From positions 1 through 15,828 of the forward strand of contig JAZDHP010000028.1 of NCBI GenBank assembly GCA_043805855.1: 15,828 nucleotides of DNA. Reading direction: 5' to 3'. Numbering within the stretch: position 1 is the first letter of the stretch; each line of letters starts with the position of its first letter. This stretch comes from Candidatus Micrarchaeota archaeon (GTDB lineage: Archaea > Micrarchaeota > Micrarchaeia > Norongarragalinales > UBA8480). The position numbers were made by a program, and so were the translations under genes. Positions 1 to 7,746 of this stretch are shown one piece after another. The notes below the pieces were generated by a model that saw nothing but the letters and a program-made list of their open reading frames with translations, had not been told where the DNA came from and did not search any database.

Positions 1-277
1 GCGTTATGGTAGTTGTTGGCGATTCTAGTTCAATAACTTCTTTTTCAGCGAAGTATCTATTGAGGGAATAAATTCGGCTTAGTTTTGTTTTGCCGTTCTT
101 GTAGCCAAGCGTGTAAACTTTTTCTTTCTTTGGAAAAACAATCGCTTCATAGTTGTTTGAATGCTTTTCAACGAGCTTTGGATATTTCTTAGCAGTTTTG
201 CGCCACAATTGACCAAATGAAATTTTTACTAACTTTCCACCACGACGAACAACTAAATTAGTATCGTCAGTTAGCGA
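1..277 (-). mobile_element. Intein in LonB (first 92 aa; continues beyond the window)
   Basis: After RHDPLQ the expected SGGLGTP continuation is absent. It is replaced in frame by SLTDDTNLVVRRGGKLVKISFGQLW...KVYTLGYKNGKTKLSRIYSLNRY...VIELESPTTTIT, which has the pattern of intein block A and the strands leading to block B. The site matches the Pyrococcus Lon intein site (DPFQ|). Confidence 0.88.
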
Positions 278-982
278 TTGCAACGGATCGTGCCTACAAT
301 CGCCGAGTAGTGCTCCTGCTCTTGCGCCTGTTGCTTCGATGAACGGTGCTTTTTTCTTGTCGTGGTTGTCAACTAGCATTTTCATTTGCTCGTGGTCAGC
401 GCCAGGCATTAAACGAGTTCGTCCGATTTGACTTGCAAATGCGAACATTGCAGTCATTACGAATAAACCAATTAGCATCGCTGCGGTGATTATGTCGCCT
501 AGCTGTGGTCGGCCGTAAAAAAGCAATACGAATGAAAGCAGGATGACGATTGCCATTGTGATTAAGTTTGTGTTGCCGCCAGCCATGCTTAGCCGCATTC
601 GGCTTTCTTGAATCATTTTGCGGCCTTGTCCGGCTTTTACGACTTTTATGACTGGCATGTTCTCATCGTCTGGGTTCTGGTAAACTAACAAATCTTCCAA
701 CTCTTGCACTGGAAGTAGTTCAGCCATTGCTAGGCCTAGCATCGACTTGCCCGTTCCAGGAATGCCTATCAAGAGTACGTTGCGCTTTTGACTCGAAGCT
801 TTTTTAATAATGTTAACCGCACGTTCTTGGCCAATAATCTGGTCAATGATCTTCTCAGGAACTGGAATCTCAGCAGTTGAGGTAAATGAATTGAAGTCAA
901 AACTAGCAATAGTGCTTTTTGATTTGTCCTTTGCCTTGCTCTTCGCGGCGGTTTTCACTTTTTCTTTGCTTTGTTTTGCCAT
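1..982 (-). CDS. lonB: Archaeal membrane-bound ATP-dependent protease LonB, intein-containing; 3' end lies outside the window
   Basis: My translation from ATG at 982 gives MAKQSKEK...TAEIPVPEKIIDQIIGQERAV...RNVLLIGIPGTGKS (Walker A, 743-766), two hydrophobic TM segments, then APFIEATGARAGALLGDCRHDPLQ. These are archaeal LonB hallmarks. The frame stays open to position 1. Confidence 0.95.
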   Translation of the reverse strand, partial: MAKQSKEKVKTAAKSKAKDKSKSTIASFDFNSFTSTAEIPVPEKIIDQIIGQERAVNIIKKASSQKRNVLLIGIPGTGKSMLGLAMAELLPVQELEDLLVYQNPDDENMPVIKVVKAGQGRKMIQESRMRLSMAGGNTNLITMAIVILLSFVLLFYGRPQLGDIITAAMLIGLFVMTAMFAFASQIGRTRLMPGADHEQMKMLVDNHDKKKAPFIEATGARAGALLGDCRHDPLQSLTDDTNLVVRRGGKLVKISFGQLWRKTAKKYPKLVEKHSNNYEAIVFPKKEKVYTLGYKNGKTKLSRIYSLNRYFAEKEVIELESPTTTIT

Positions 983-1061
983 CTTTACTATCTTCCCACT
1001 ATCTTTATCTATTTCAATCCCTTTTATTCTTTCGTTGTAGTTATAGTGGATATTATTTCTG

Positions 1062-1853
1062 GTGAATAATGTGAAAGTTGGATATGTACAAAATTCGCCT
1101 TTGTTTGGAAAAAAGGAAAGAAACTTTGAAGAGATCCGCGCGCTCTTAACTGGCGTCAAGGCTGATCTTATTGTGCTGCCAGAATTGTTTGCTACTGGTT
1201 ATGCTTTTACTGCACGAGCCGAAGTTGAAAAACTAGCTGAAACCTCTGGTGGAGAAACTGCTGAATTTATGAAATGCATTTCAGGTGAAACTCGCGCAGT
1301 AGTTGTCGGTGGGTTTATTGAGAAAGAAAATGGCAAAAACTATAATGCAGCTATGCTAGTGTACGGTGGTGAAGTTGTTAACACTTATCGTAAAATTCAC
1401 CTTTTCAACAAAGAAAAACTTTGGTTTACTCCGGGCAACAAACCCCTTTCAATTCATGAACTTAAGGGAATGAAAATTGGAGTGATGATTTGTTTTGATT
1501 GGCTGTTTCCAGAAGTAACTAGAAAACTTGCGCTAGAGGGCGCTCAAGTTATCGCCCACCCCTCTAATTTAGTAATGCCCTATTGCCAAAGCGCTATGGT
1601 GACTCGTTGCCTTGAAAATAGAGTGTTTGCTGTAACTGCAAATAGAACTGGCCGCGAAAAAAGAGGCGAAGACGATTTTACTTTTACTGGCGGAAGTCAA
1701 ATCACGAATTTTGACGGGAAAATTCTCTTGTCAGCTCCAAAGGATAAAACCGTGGCGAGTGTTGTGCAAATCGATGTAGCTAAAGCAAACAATAAAATGA
1801 TAAACGATTATAATGATGTCTTGAAAGATCGAAGAGTGGAATTTTATGATTAG
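1062..1853 (+). CDS. Carbon-nitrogen hydrolase (nitrilase superfamily)
   Basis: Glu-Lys-Cys triad motifs VLPELF, YRKIHLF and ICFDW, plus RCLENRVF and ANRTG. GTG start. Confidence 0.93.
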   Translation: MNNVKVGYVQNSPLFGKKERNFEEIRALLTGVKADLIVLPELFATGYAFTARAEVEKLAETSGGETAEFMKCISGETRAVVVGGFIEKENGKNYNAAMLVYGGEVVNTYRKIHLFNKEKLWFTPGNKPLSIHELKGMKIGVMICFDWLFPEVTRKLALEGAQVIAHPSNLVMPYCQSAMVTRCLENRVFAVTANRTGREKRGEDDFTFTGGSQITNFDGKILLSAPKDKTVASVVQIDVAKANNKMINDYNDVLKDRRVEFYD

Positions 1854-2742
1854 AATAGTTACCCTTGGAACAAGTGGAAGTATCCCAACGCCTAAAACTC
1901 CCCCTAGTTGCTTTGCTGTAAAGTGGGGCGGCGTGTTTCTATTCGACGCGAGCGAAGGTTGCCAGCGACAAATGATGAAATACAACACTAGCTTCGCAAG
2001 CGTAGAGGCGGTGTTCATCTCTCATCTACACGCAGATCACTTTCTTGGCTTGTTTGGATTAGTACAGTCGATGAACTTCACAAGCAGAAAAGAACCATTA
2101 TTTATTTTTGGACCAAAGGGAACGAGAAAGTTATTCGAAAGTGTTTTTGCAATTAAAGAAATGCGCGCTAATTTCGAGTTAAAAATTGAAGACGTTGAGT
2201 CTTCTAAAAAGCCATTTTATGAAACTAAACTATTTACCGTCAACGCGTTTAGCGTTAAACATAATGCGCCAGCTGCAATTGGCTTTGTGCTACAAGGTCT
2301 ATCGTACAGGCGTTTTGACATGAAGAAGTGCGCCGCAGCCGGAGTAAAGGGAAGGTTATTTTCAGAGTTACAAGAAAAAGGTGCCGCAGTTGTTAATGAA
2401 AAGAAAGTCAAGTACAACGACGTTACGTATATACAAGAAGGTAAAAAGATAGTTTACACTGGCGACACTGTACAATGTCCGGCAATTGCATCAAATGCTA
2501 AAAATGCTGATTTGCTAATCCACGATGGTTGCTTTTTGGAAATGCACAAGGAAACTGCCAAGCAAAAAATGCACTGCACAGTTGCCGACGCGGCGAAAAA
2601 CGCGAAAAAAGCGAAAGTAAAGAAATTACTGTTAACTCATTTCTCTAACCGCTACGACGATTTAACGCCACTGTTGGCTGAAGCTAAGAAGATTTTTGAA
2701 AACAGCGAGCTAGCAGAAAAGGGAAAAGAAACGCTAATCTAA
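1846..2742 (+). CDS. rnz: Ribonuclease Z (tRNase Z)
   Basis: LGTSGSIPT, FDASEG, SHLHADHFLGL (HxHxDH), YTGDT, HCT and LTHFSNRY motifs, with a flexible-arm region. Overlaps the nitrilase gene by 8 bp. Confidence 0.95.
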   Translation: MIRIVTLGTSGSIPTPKTPPSCFAVKWGGVFLFDASEGCQRQMMKYNTSFASVEAVFISHLHADHFLGLFGLVQSMNFTSRKEPLFIFGPKGTRKLFESVFAIKEMRANFELKIEDVESSKKPFYETKLFTVNAFSVKHNAPAAIGFVLQGLSYRRFDMKKCAAAGVKGRLFSELQEKGAAVVNEKKVKYNDVTYIQEGKKIVYTGDTVQCPAIASNAKNADLLIHDGCFLEMHKETAKQKMHCTVADAAKNAKKAKVKKLLLTHFSNRYDDLTPLLAEAKKIFENSELAEKGKETLI

Positions 2743-3248
2743 TGCAGCACAGTGCCTTTGCCTCTTTTTGCGGTGAGTGCGCTTAGAAAGCCAATAACTT
2801 GCTGGCGGTGAACTGCGTTTAACCCCATTGCCTTTTTCTTTGATTGTGGAGGTGCTTTTACTACTGGTATACCTTTTTCGCTACCTTCCATTAATGCATG
2901 TAATCCTGCTAAAAAGTGCGCCGCGCGGCTTTCACCAATTTGAATAATTCTAACTTGAGTAGCTTTACCTTTTCGTTCAAAAAATAAATGCACGCCTTGT
3001 GACTCTTTAGGAGATACACATATTTGTCGGCCTTTAACTAGGCCTGGGCCGATTTCTTCTTCATTTGCGTTGTACCCGTGCCTTGCTGCGATTTGTTTAA
3101 CCCGTTTCAATGTAAATCTACGAGGTAAAGTAAAGTGCGTGTCATCTCCTTCACCAGTTACTTTTACTTTTAACGTTCTTTCTAATTGAGCTTTAAGTTC
3201 TCTCATTTTTTCTTCGCCTCTCGAGCTTTCCGCAATTAACTTATTCAC
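2739..3248 (-). CDS. Hypothetical basic protein (start GTG 3248 or ATG 3206)
   Basis: The 169-aa ORF exactly fills the gap between rnz and the HAD gene, and its stop overlaps the rnz stop. GAGG lies upstream of ATG 3206. No recognisable motif. Confidence 0.7.
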   Translation of the reverse strand: MNKLIAESSRGEEKMRELKAQLERTLKVKVTGEGDDTHFTLPRRFTLKRVKQIAARHGYNANEEEIGPGLVKGRQICVSPKESQGVHLFFERKGKATQVRIIQIGESRAAHFLAGLHALMEGSEKGIPVVKAPPQSKKKAMGLNAVHRQQVIGFLSALTAKRGKGTVLH

Positions 3249-3276
3249 GCTTGTATCTATTAAAAGTGTTATTAAA

Positions 3277-4008
3277 ATGGCTATTGACTGGGTTTGCTTT
3301 GACTGGGGGGATACCCTCGCTGATATACGCGGTACGTATGAAGAAATGAACCGAGACCAGTGGTTTTACAACACGTTGCAACATTTTGGTGTTAAGATTC
3401 CCTTGCAGGAATTCGACGCGGCGTATAATGACCTCTCGCGGGATGTTTCAGTCACAATGCGCGGCAACGTAACGCGCTGGCAAAAAGGTTTCTTTTTCCA
3501 TGAAATGTGTCATAAGTTAAACTTTCCAATTACAACAGAAGAGTCCAGTAGAATGGCAGACTATTATGGAGGGCATTTTATTTCAAAACTAAAGCTATTG
3601 CCCGGCGCGCATGACTTGATTGAGTTCCTTGGCAGGAAAAAAGTGCGCCTCGCGTTGATTTCCAACGCAAACGGAGAACGAGTACGGCAGCAACTGGAGT
3701 TTTTCAAGCTAAACACTTACTTTTCAATTATTTTAATCTCCGATGAATTAGGTTTTGACAAGTCAAGCAACGTGCCGTTTGAGCGGTTTCTAGAGCACGC
3801 GAAGCAAATTTATCCAGAGACAAAACCCGAGAATTGTATTATGGTTGGCGATCGTGCCGACGAAGACGCGTACGCGCGAAACGTCGGCATGAAAACAATA
3901 ATTGTAAAGCGAAAACACCGTTTACCCTCTAAAGATGACTTGCCTTTTGACTTTGAAGTTAATGATTTAAATGAATTAAAGGTTCTTTTGGACAAACTAT
4001 CTAGTTAA
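3277..4008 (+). CDS. HAD-superfamily hydrolase (subfamily IA-like)
   Basis: Motif I FDWGDTL, motif II LISN, motif III SDELGFDK, motif IV MVGDRADED. Confidence 0.9.
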   Translation: MAIDWVCFDWGDTLADIRGTYEEMNRDQWFYNTLQHFGVKIPLQEFDAAYNDLSRDVSVTMRGNVTRWQKGFFFHEMCHKLNFPITTEESSRMADYYGGHFISKLKLLPGAHDLIEFLGRKKVRLALISNANGERVRQQLEFFKLNTYFSIILISDELGFDKSSNVPFERFLEHAKQIYPETKPENCIMVGDRADEDAYARNVGMKTIIVKRKHRLPSKDDLPFDFEVNDLNELKVLLDKLSS

Positions 4009-4028
4009 CTTCTCTAGGGCACGTTTTT

Positions 4029-4040
4029 AAAAGTTTAAAC
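4029..4040 (+). promoter_or_regulatory. Putative BRE/TATA promoter for the 4064 ORF-pheS-pheT unit
   Basis: AAAAG-TTTAAA with the TATA at 4034-4039, 25-30 bp upstream of ATG 4064, which fits a leaderless archaeal transcript. Confidence 0.55.
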
Positions 4041-4063
4041 TGCTTTTTACTTTACTGGTTTTT

Positions 4064-4591
4064 ATGGATAAACAAGAGTTAATTGTAATAGTCGTCGTAT
4101 TCGCAGTTGTACTAGCTGCTTCTTTTGCTTTAACGACGTGGCTCAATAGTCAAAATAATTACTTTTTTGGATTTAAAGTATTTGCCGATGAAAGTTCCTT
4201 CGACGCGGTGAAAAGTGTATTTGCAAAAAACAACACGCTTCTTTTACGCCAGGAACTTATAAATGGATCTTCGCCAAGTAACACTGCAGTAGGCGCAGCT
4301 TCTGCTGAACTAGTTTATGCGAGCCTTTCAGTTGGTAGAAAGATTTACAACTATGGTGCGGTTAATGGAGTTGCAGTTCAATCTTCTTGTAGTTTAAATA
4401 ATTCTTTCTGCGGGACGCCGGACATAATAATCCGCAGCGATTCTTCTACATCGCCATGCAATTGCATTTACGTACGCAATGGCGATAATGGCAAAGTTAT
4501 GGAAATAGTTGGCTCTTCAGATTTTCTTCTTAGAAACGCAGTTAACCTGCGTAAAATGGTGTTCGCGGTAAATTCAAACAACTCAGGGTAA
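4064..4591 (+). CDS. Hypothetical membrane-anchored or exported protein
   Basis: N-terminal hydrophobic helix LIVIVVVFAVVLAASFAL, four Cys, four N-x-S/T sequons; ends 4 bp before pheS. Confidence 0.8.
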   Translation: MDKQELIVIVVVFAVVLAASFALTTWLNSQNNYFFGFKVFADESSFDAVKSVFAKNNTLLLRQELINGSSPSNTAVGAASAELVYASLSVGRKIYNYGAVNGVAVQSSCSLNNSFCGTPDIIIRSDSSTSPCNCIYVRNGDNGKVMEIVGSSDFLLRNAVNLRKMVFAVNSNNSG

Positions 4592-4595
4592 AAAA

Positions 4596-6065
4596 ATGGA
4601 CAAGTTTACTTTGTTAAAAAAATTGAACACAGAGTTTCAACGCACTGACACACTCGCAACGCAACTAAACGTGCCAGCTACAACTATTGGTAGCTTAGTT
4701 TCACAACTAGAGCAAGATGGTTTAATTGAAACAAAACGAGAAACCAAAATAATCGCGCAGTTAACCCCTGAGGGAGAAGCAGCGACGTCGAAAATGTTAC
4801 CTGAACGTGTTTTGATAAAAGCGCTTGTCAACGAAGAAGAAATTTCGGCAATTTTAACCCGTTTACATTTACAGCCAGTTGCATTACAGTGGGCGAAGAA
4901 AAACAACTGGGTAATGTTGTTAAATGCCGGCAGCAAAACACTTGTAAAAAGAGTAAGCGACGCGAAAAGCGAACACGAGAAATTACTTGAAAAACTCGCG
5001 ACAAATAGCGAAATTGCAGAGAGTGAAATGCGCGTTGCAAAAGAACTTCGCGATAGACGTTTTGTAAAAATCCTCGAGCAAAAAACTTTGTTTGTTAAAA
5101 TTACAAAGCAAGGCGTTGCAATTGTAAAGAAGGAAATTGTCGACGAAGTTACACAAGTTACTCCACAAATTGTAAAAAGTGGCGCGAAGGTTAAATTCCG
5201 GCCGTACGATGTTGAAGCTGACGTGGTTCCAGTTTACGGCGGCAAGCGCCACCCGCTGCAAGTACTTGCAAGCAGCATGAAGGACGTCCTCATTGGAATG
5301 GGCTTTGAAGAGATGAATGGCCCGATTGTTGAAAGCAGCTTCTGGAATTTTGACATGCTGTTCATGCCGCAGAACCACCCGAACCGCGATTTAATGGATA
5401 CGTTTTTCTTAAAGCAACCACAACGCTGCCGCGTTCCAATAGATGTTGCTGCAATTGTAAAGCAAGTGCACTTAAATGGCTGGAAAACTGGTTCAAAGGG
5501 ATGTGCAACTCAATGGAATTTAGAAGAAGCGCAAAAGCCCATATTGCGCACGCACACTACTCCGACTTCATTTCGCTATTTACAGCGGTTAGGAAAAGGC
5601 GAGATAAAAATTCCTTGCAAGTTCTTTTCAATTGACCGCGTTTTTCGCAACGAAGCAATTGACCGCACTCACTTGCCTGAGTTTCATCAAATTGAGGGTT
5701 TTGTAGCTGCTGATGGAATGAACTTACGTAATTTAATGGGAATGTTCACTGAATTTTACAATAAAATTGGAATTTCAAAAATCAGGTTCAAACCTGTTTT
5801 CAACCCATACACTGAACCGTCAATGGAAATATTCGGTTACCACGACGCGCTTGCAAAGTGGGTTGAAATTGGAAACTCTGGAATATTCCGTCCAGAGACA
5901 CTTGAACCGCTTGGCATTAAGCAAAAAGTGCTCGGCTGGGGACTAGCTCTAGAGCGGGCGGCGATGATTTTGTTTGAAGTTGATGACATTCGCAAAGTCG
6001 TAGGCGCATCGACAGATTTACAGTGGATTCGTGACTTTCCAGAACTTCCTGAGGTGCTCCGCTGA
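4596..6065 (+). CDS. pheS: Phenylalanine--tRNA ligase alpha subunit (archaeal/eukaryotic long form)
   Basis: FWNFDMLFMPQNHPNRD, ILRTHTT, motif 2 FRNEAIDRTHLPEFHQIEG, NPYTEPS, motif 3 WGLALER. Confidence 0.98.
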   Translation: MDKFTLLKKLNTEFQRTDTLATQLNVPATTIGSLVSQLEQDGLIETKRETKIIAQLTPEGEAATSKMLPERVLIKALVNEEEISAILTRLHLQPVALQWAKKNNWVMLLNAGSKTLVKRVSDAKSEHEKLLEKLATNSEIAESEMRVAKELRDRRFVKILEQKTLFVKITKQGVAIVKKEIVDEVTQVTPQIVKSGAKVKFRPYDVEADVVPVYGGKRHPLQVLASSMKDVLIGMGFEEMNGPIVESSFWNFDMLFMPQNHPNRDLMDTFFLKQPQRCRVPIDVAAIVKQVHLNGWKTGSKGCATQWNLEEAQKPILRTHTTPTSFRYLQRLGKGEIKIPCKFFSIDRVFRNEAIDRTHLPEFHQIEGFVAADGMNLRNLMGMFTEFYNKIGISKIRFKPVFNPYTEPSMEIFGYHDALAKWVEIGNSGIFRPETLEPLGIKQKVLGWGLALERAAMILFEVDDIRKVVGASTDLQWIRDFPELPEVLR

Positions 6066-6067
6066 AC

Positions 6068-7741
6068 ATGGTAATGGTAATACTTCCAACAAAAACCCTG
6101 AAGGACAGTTTAACGTTAAAAGGCGAGTTTTCCAAAACACTCTCGGAAACTCTGTTCAAAATTGGAATGGAACTAGAGGAATCCAACGAAGAAGAAACTA
6201 CAATTGACATTGCAGGTGCTGGGAATAGAATTGACGCGGTTTCCCTAGAGGGCATTGTCCGTATAATAAACGCTTATAATAATAAAGCCGAATTGCGCTT
6301 TCCACAAGTTACAAAAGGCAAAAATTCAATCAACGTTGACAAAAGCGTTGCAACCGTGCGGCCGTACATCGGTGCGTTTATCGTGCGTGGAATAAATTTT
6401 GACGATGATTCGCTAAAGCGTATGATAAACTACCAGGATAAAATTCACACTACTTTTGGACGAGATCGCAAAATGCTCGCAATGGGAATTTACAAACTAG
6501 CTGGCGCGAAATTCCCGCTGCAATATATTATGTTGCCGCGAAAAGAAGTTAAATTCGCGCCATTGGGTTGCGAAAAGCAAATGACTGGCGATGAAATACT
6601 TGCAAAGCACGAAAAAGGAAAAGCCTACGCACATTTCTTTGAAGGCCAGCAAAAAGTACCTGTACTTCGCGATAGCAATGGTAAAATTTTATCAATGATT
6701 CCCATAACTAACAGCAACGACGTTGGCAAAGTAGAGCCAGGCAAGCAAGATGTTTTTGTTGAGGCAACTAGTTTCAACTTAAATATGTTAATACAATTAC
6801 TAACTGCTAATGCGCTTGATTTTGCAGATATGGGTGGCAAAATTGAAAGTTGTGCAATTAATTACGGCGGCAACAAACGCGTTGAATTCCCCCAATTTGC
6901 ATTTGACAAATATTCAGTTTCAATTAACGAAATAAATTCACTGCTTGGTTTAACTTTAACCGCACAGCAAGCGTGTAAGCTACTTAGTAGAATGTTACTT
7001 CCCTCAAAAGCACAAGGTGGAAAAATACTTGTAAGCGTCCCGCGATTCCGTTCTGACATTGTGCACAATGTTGATTTAATTGAAGATATCAGTCGCGCCT
7101 ATGGCTATGATAATTTTGAACCACTACCGCCGCAAGTGCACACGTTTGGCAAGAAGCACAAAAAGACAATTTTGTTCGACGCAGTTGTAAACACTTTTGT
7201 TGGTTTAGGGTTCCAGCAAGTAATTGGAATGATTTTAACAAACAAAACCGAAGCAACGCAAAAAGTTAACCTAAAGGATAATGGTAAATTCGTTGAACTA
7301 TATTCAAGCCGTGCGCTTGGGTTAGACGCAGTCAGGCAATCTCTTTTGTCGGGAATGTTTTCCATAATTTCCAGCAACAAGCAATATGTTTACCCGCAGA
7401 AAATCTTCGAAGTTGGCGAATGCGTTGAACTAAACGAAAGCGAAGAAACCGGCGCAAAAACACAGTGGAAAACAGCGGCGTTGATTGCAAGTAGTTCAAC
7501 TTCTTTCACAGAAATAAAAGCAACTCTCCTTGCGCTTGGAAAGAGCCTCGACGATTACAAAATAAAAATAGAAGTTGCTGAAGACCCGCGTTTCATTAAA
7601 GGACGCTGCGCAAAAGTAACTGGTAAACTAATATCTGGCGTTTTCGGCGAAGTTGATTTAGAAATCCTGCGCGGTTATGGAATAGAAATGCCATGCACTG
7701 CGTTAGAAATTGAATTCAAACGCAAGAGCGAAGGCATCTAA
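6068..7741 (+). CDS. pheT: Phenylalanine--tRNA ligase beta subunit (archaeal type)
   Basis: NRIDAVSLEG, B3/B4 QDKIHTTFGRDR, B5 RSDIVHNVDLIEDISRAYGY, KIFEVG; directly follows pheS. Confidence 0.97.
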   Translation: MVMVILPTKTLKDSLTLKGEFSKTLSETLFKIGMELEESNEEETTIDIAGAGNRIDAVSLEGIVRIINAYNNKAELRFPQVTKGKNSINVDKSVATVRPYIGAFIVRGINFDDDSLKRMINYQDKIHTTFGRDRKMLAMGIYKLAGAKFPLQYIMLPRKEVKFAPLGCEKQMTGDEILAKHEKGKAYAHFFEGQQKVPVLRDSNGKILSMIPITNSNDVGKVEPGKQDVFVEATSFNLNMLIQLLTANALDFADMGGKIESCAINYGGNKRVEFPQFAFDKYSVSINEINSLLGLTLTAQQACKLLSRMLLPSKAQGGKILVSVPRFRSDIVHNVDLIEDISRAYGYDNFEPLPPQVHTFGKKHKKTILFDAVVNTFVGLGFQQVIGMILTNKTEATQKVNLKDNGKFVELYSSRALGLDAVRQSLLSGMFSIISSNKQYVYPQKIFEVGECVELNESEETGAKTQWKTAALIASSSTSFTEIKATLLALGKSLDDYKIKIEVAEDPRFIKGRCAKVTGKLISGVFGEVDLEILRGYGIEMPCTALEIEFKRKSEGI

Positions 7742-7746
7742 CTATT

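Noticed and set aside
810..1040. 76-aa hydrophobic ORF on the + strand
   Set aside because: Antisense shadow of the Lys-rich LonB N-terminus; the hydrophobicity comes from reversed AAA codons.
6063..6065. Genome-wide TGA recoding, since pheS, secE and doc end in TGA
   Set aside because: These proteins end at expected lengths and no conserved gene in the track is interrupted by an internal stop, so the standard code fits.
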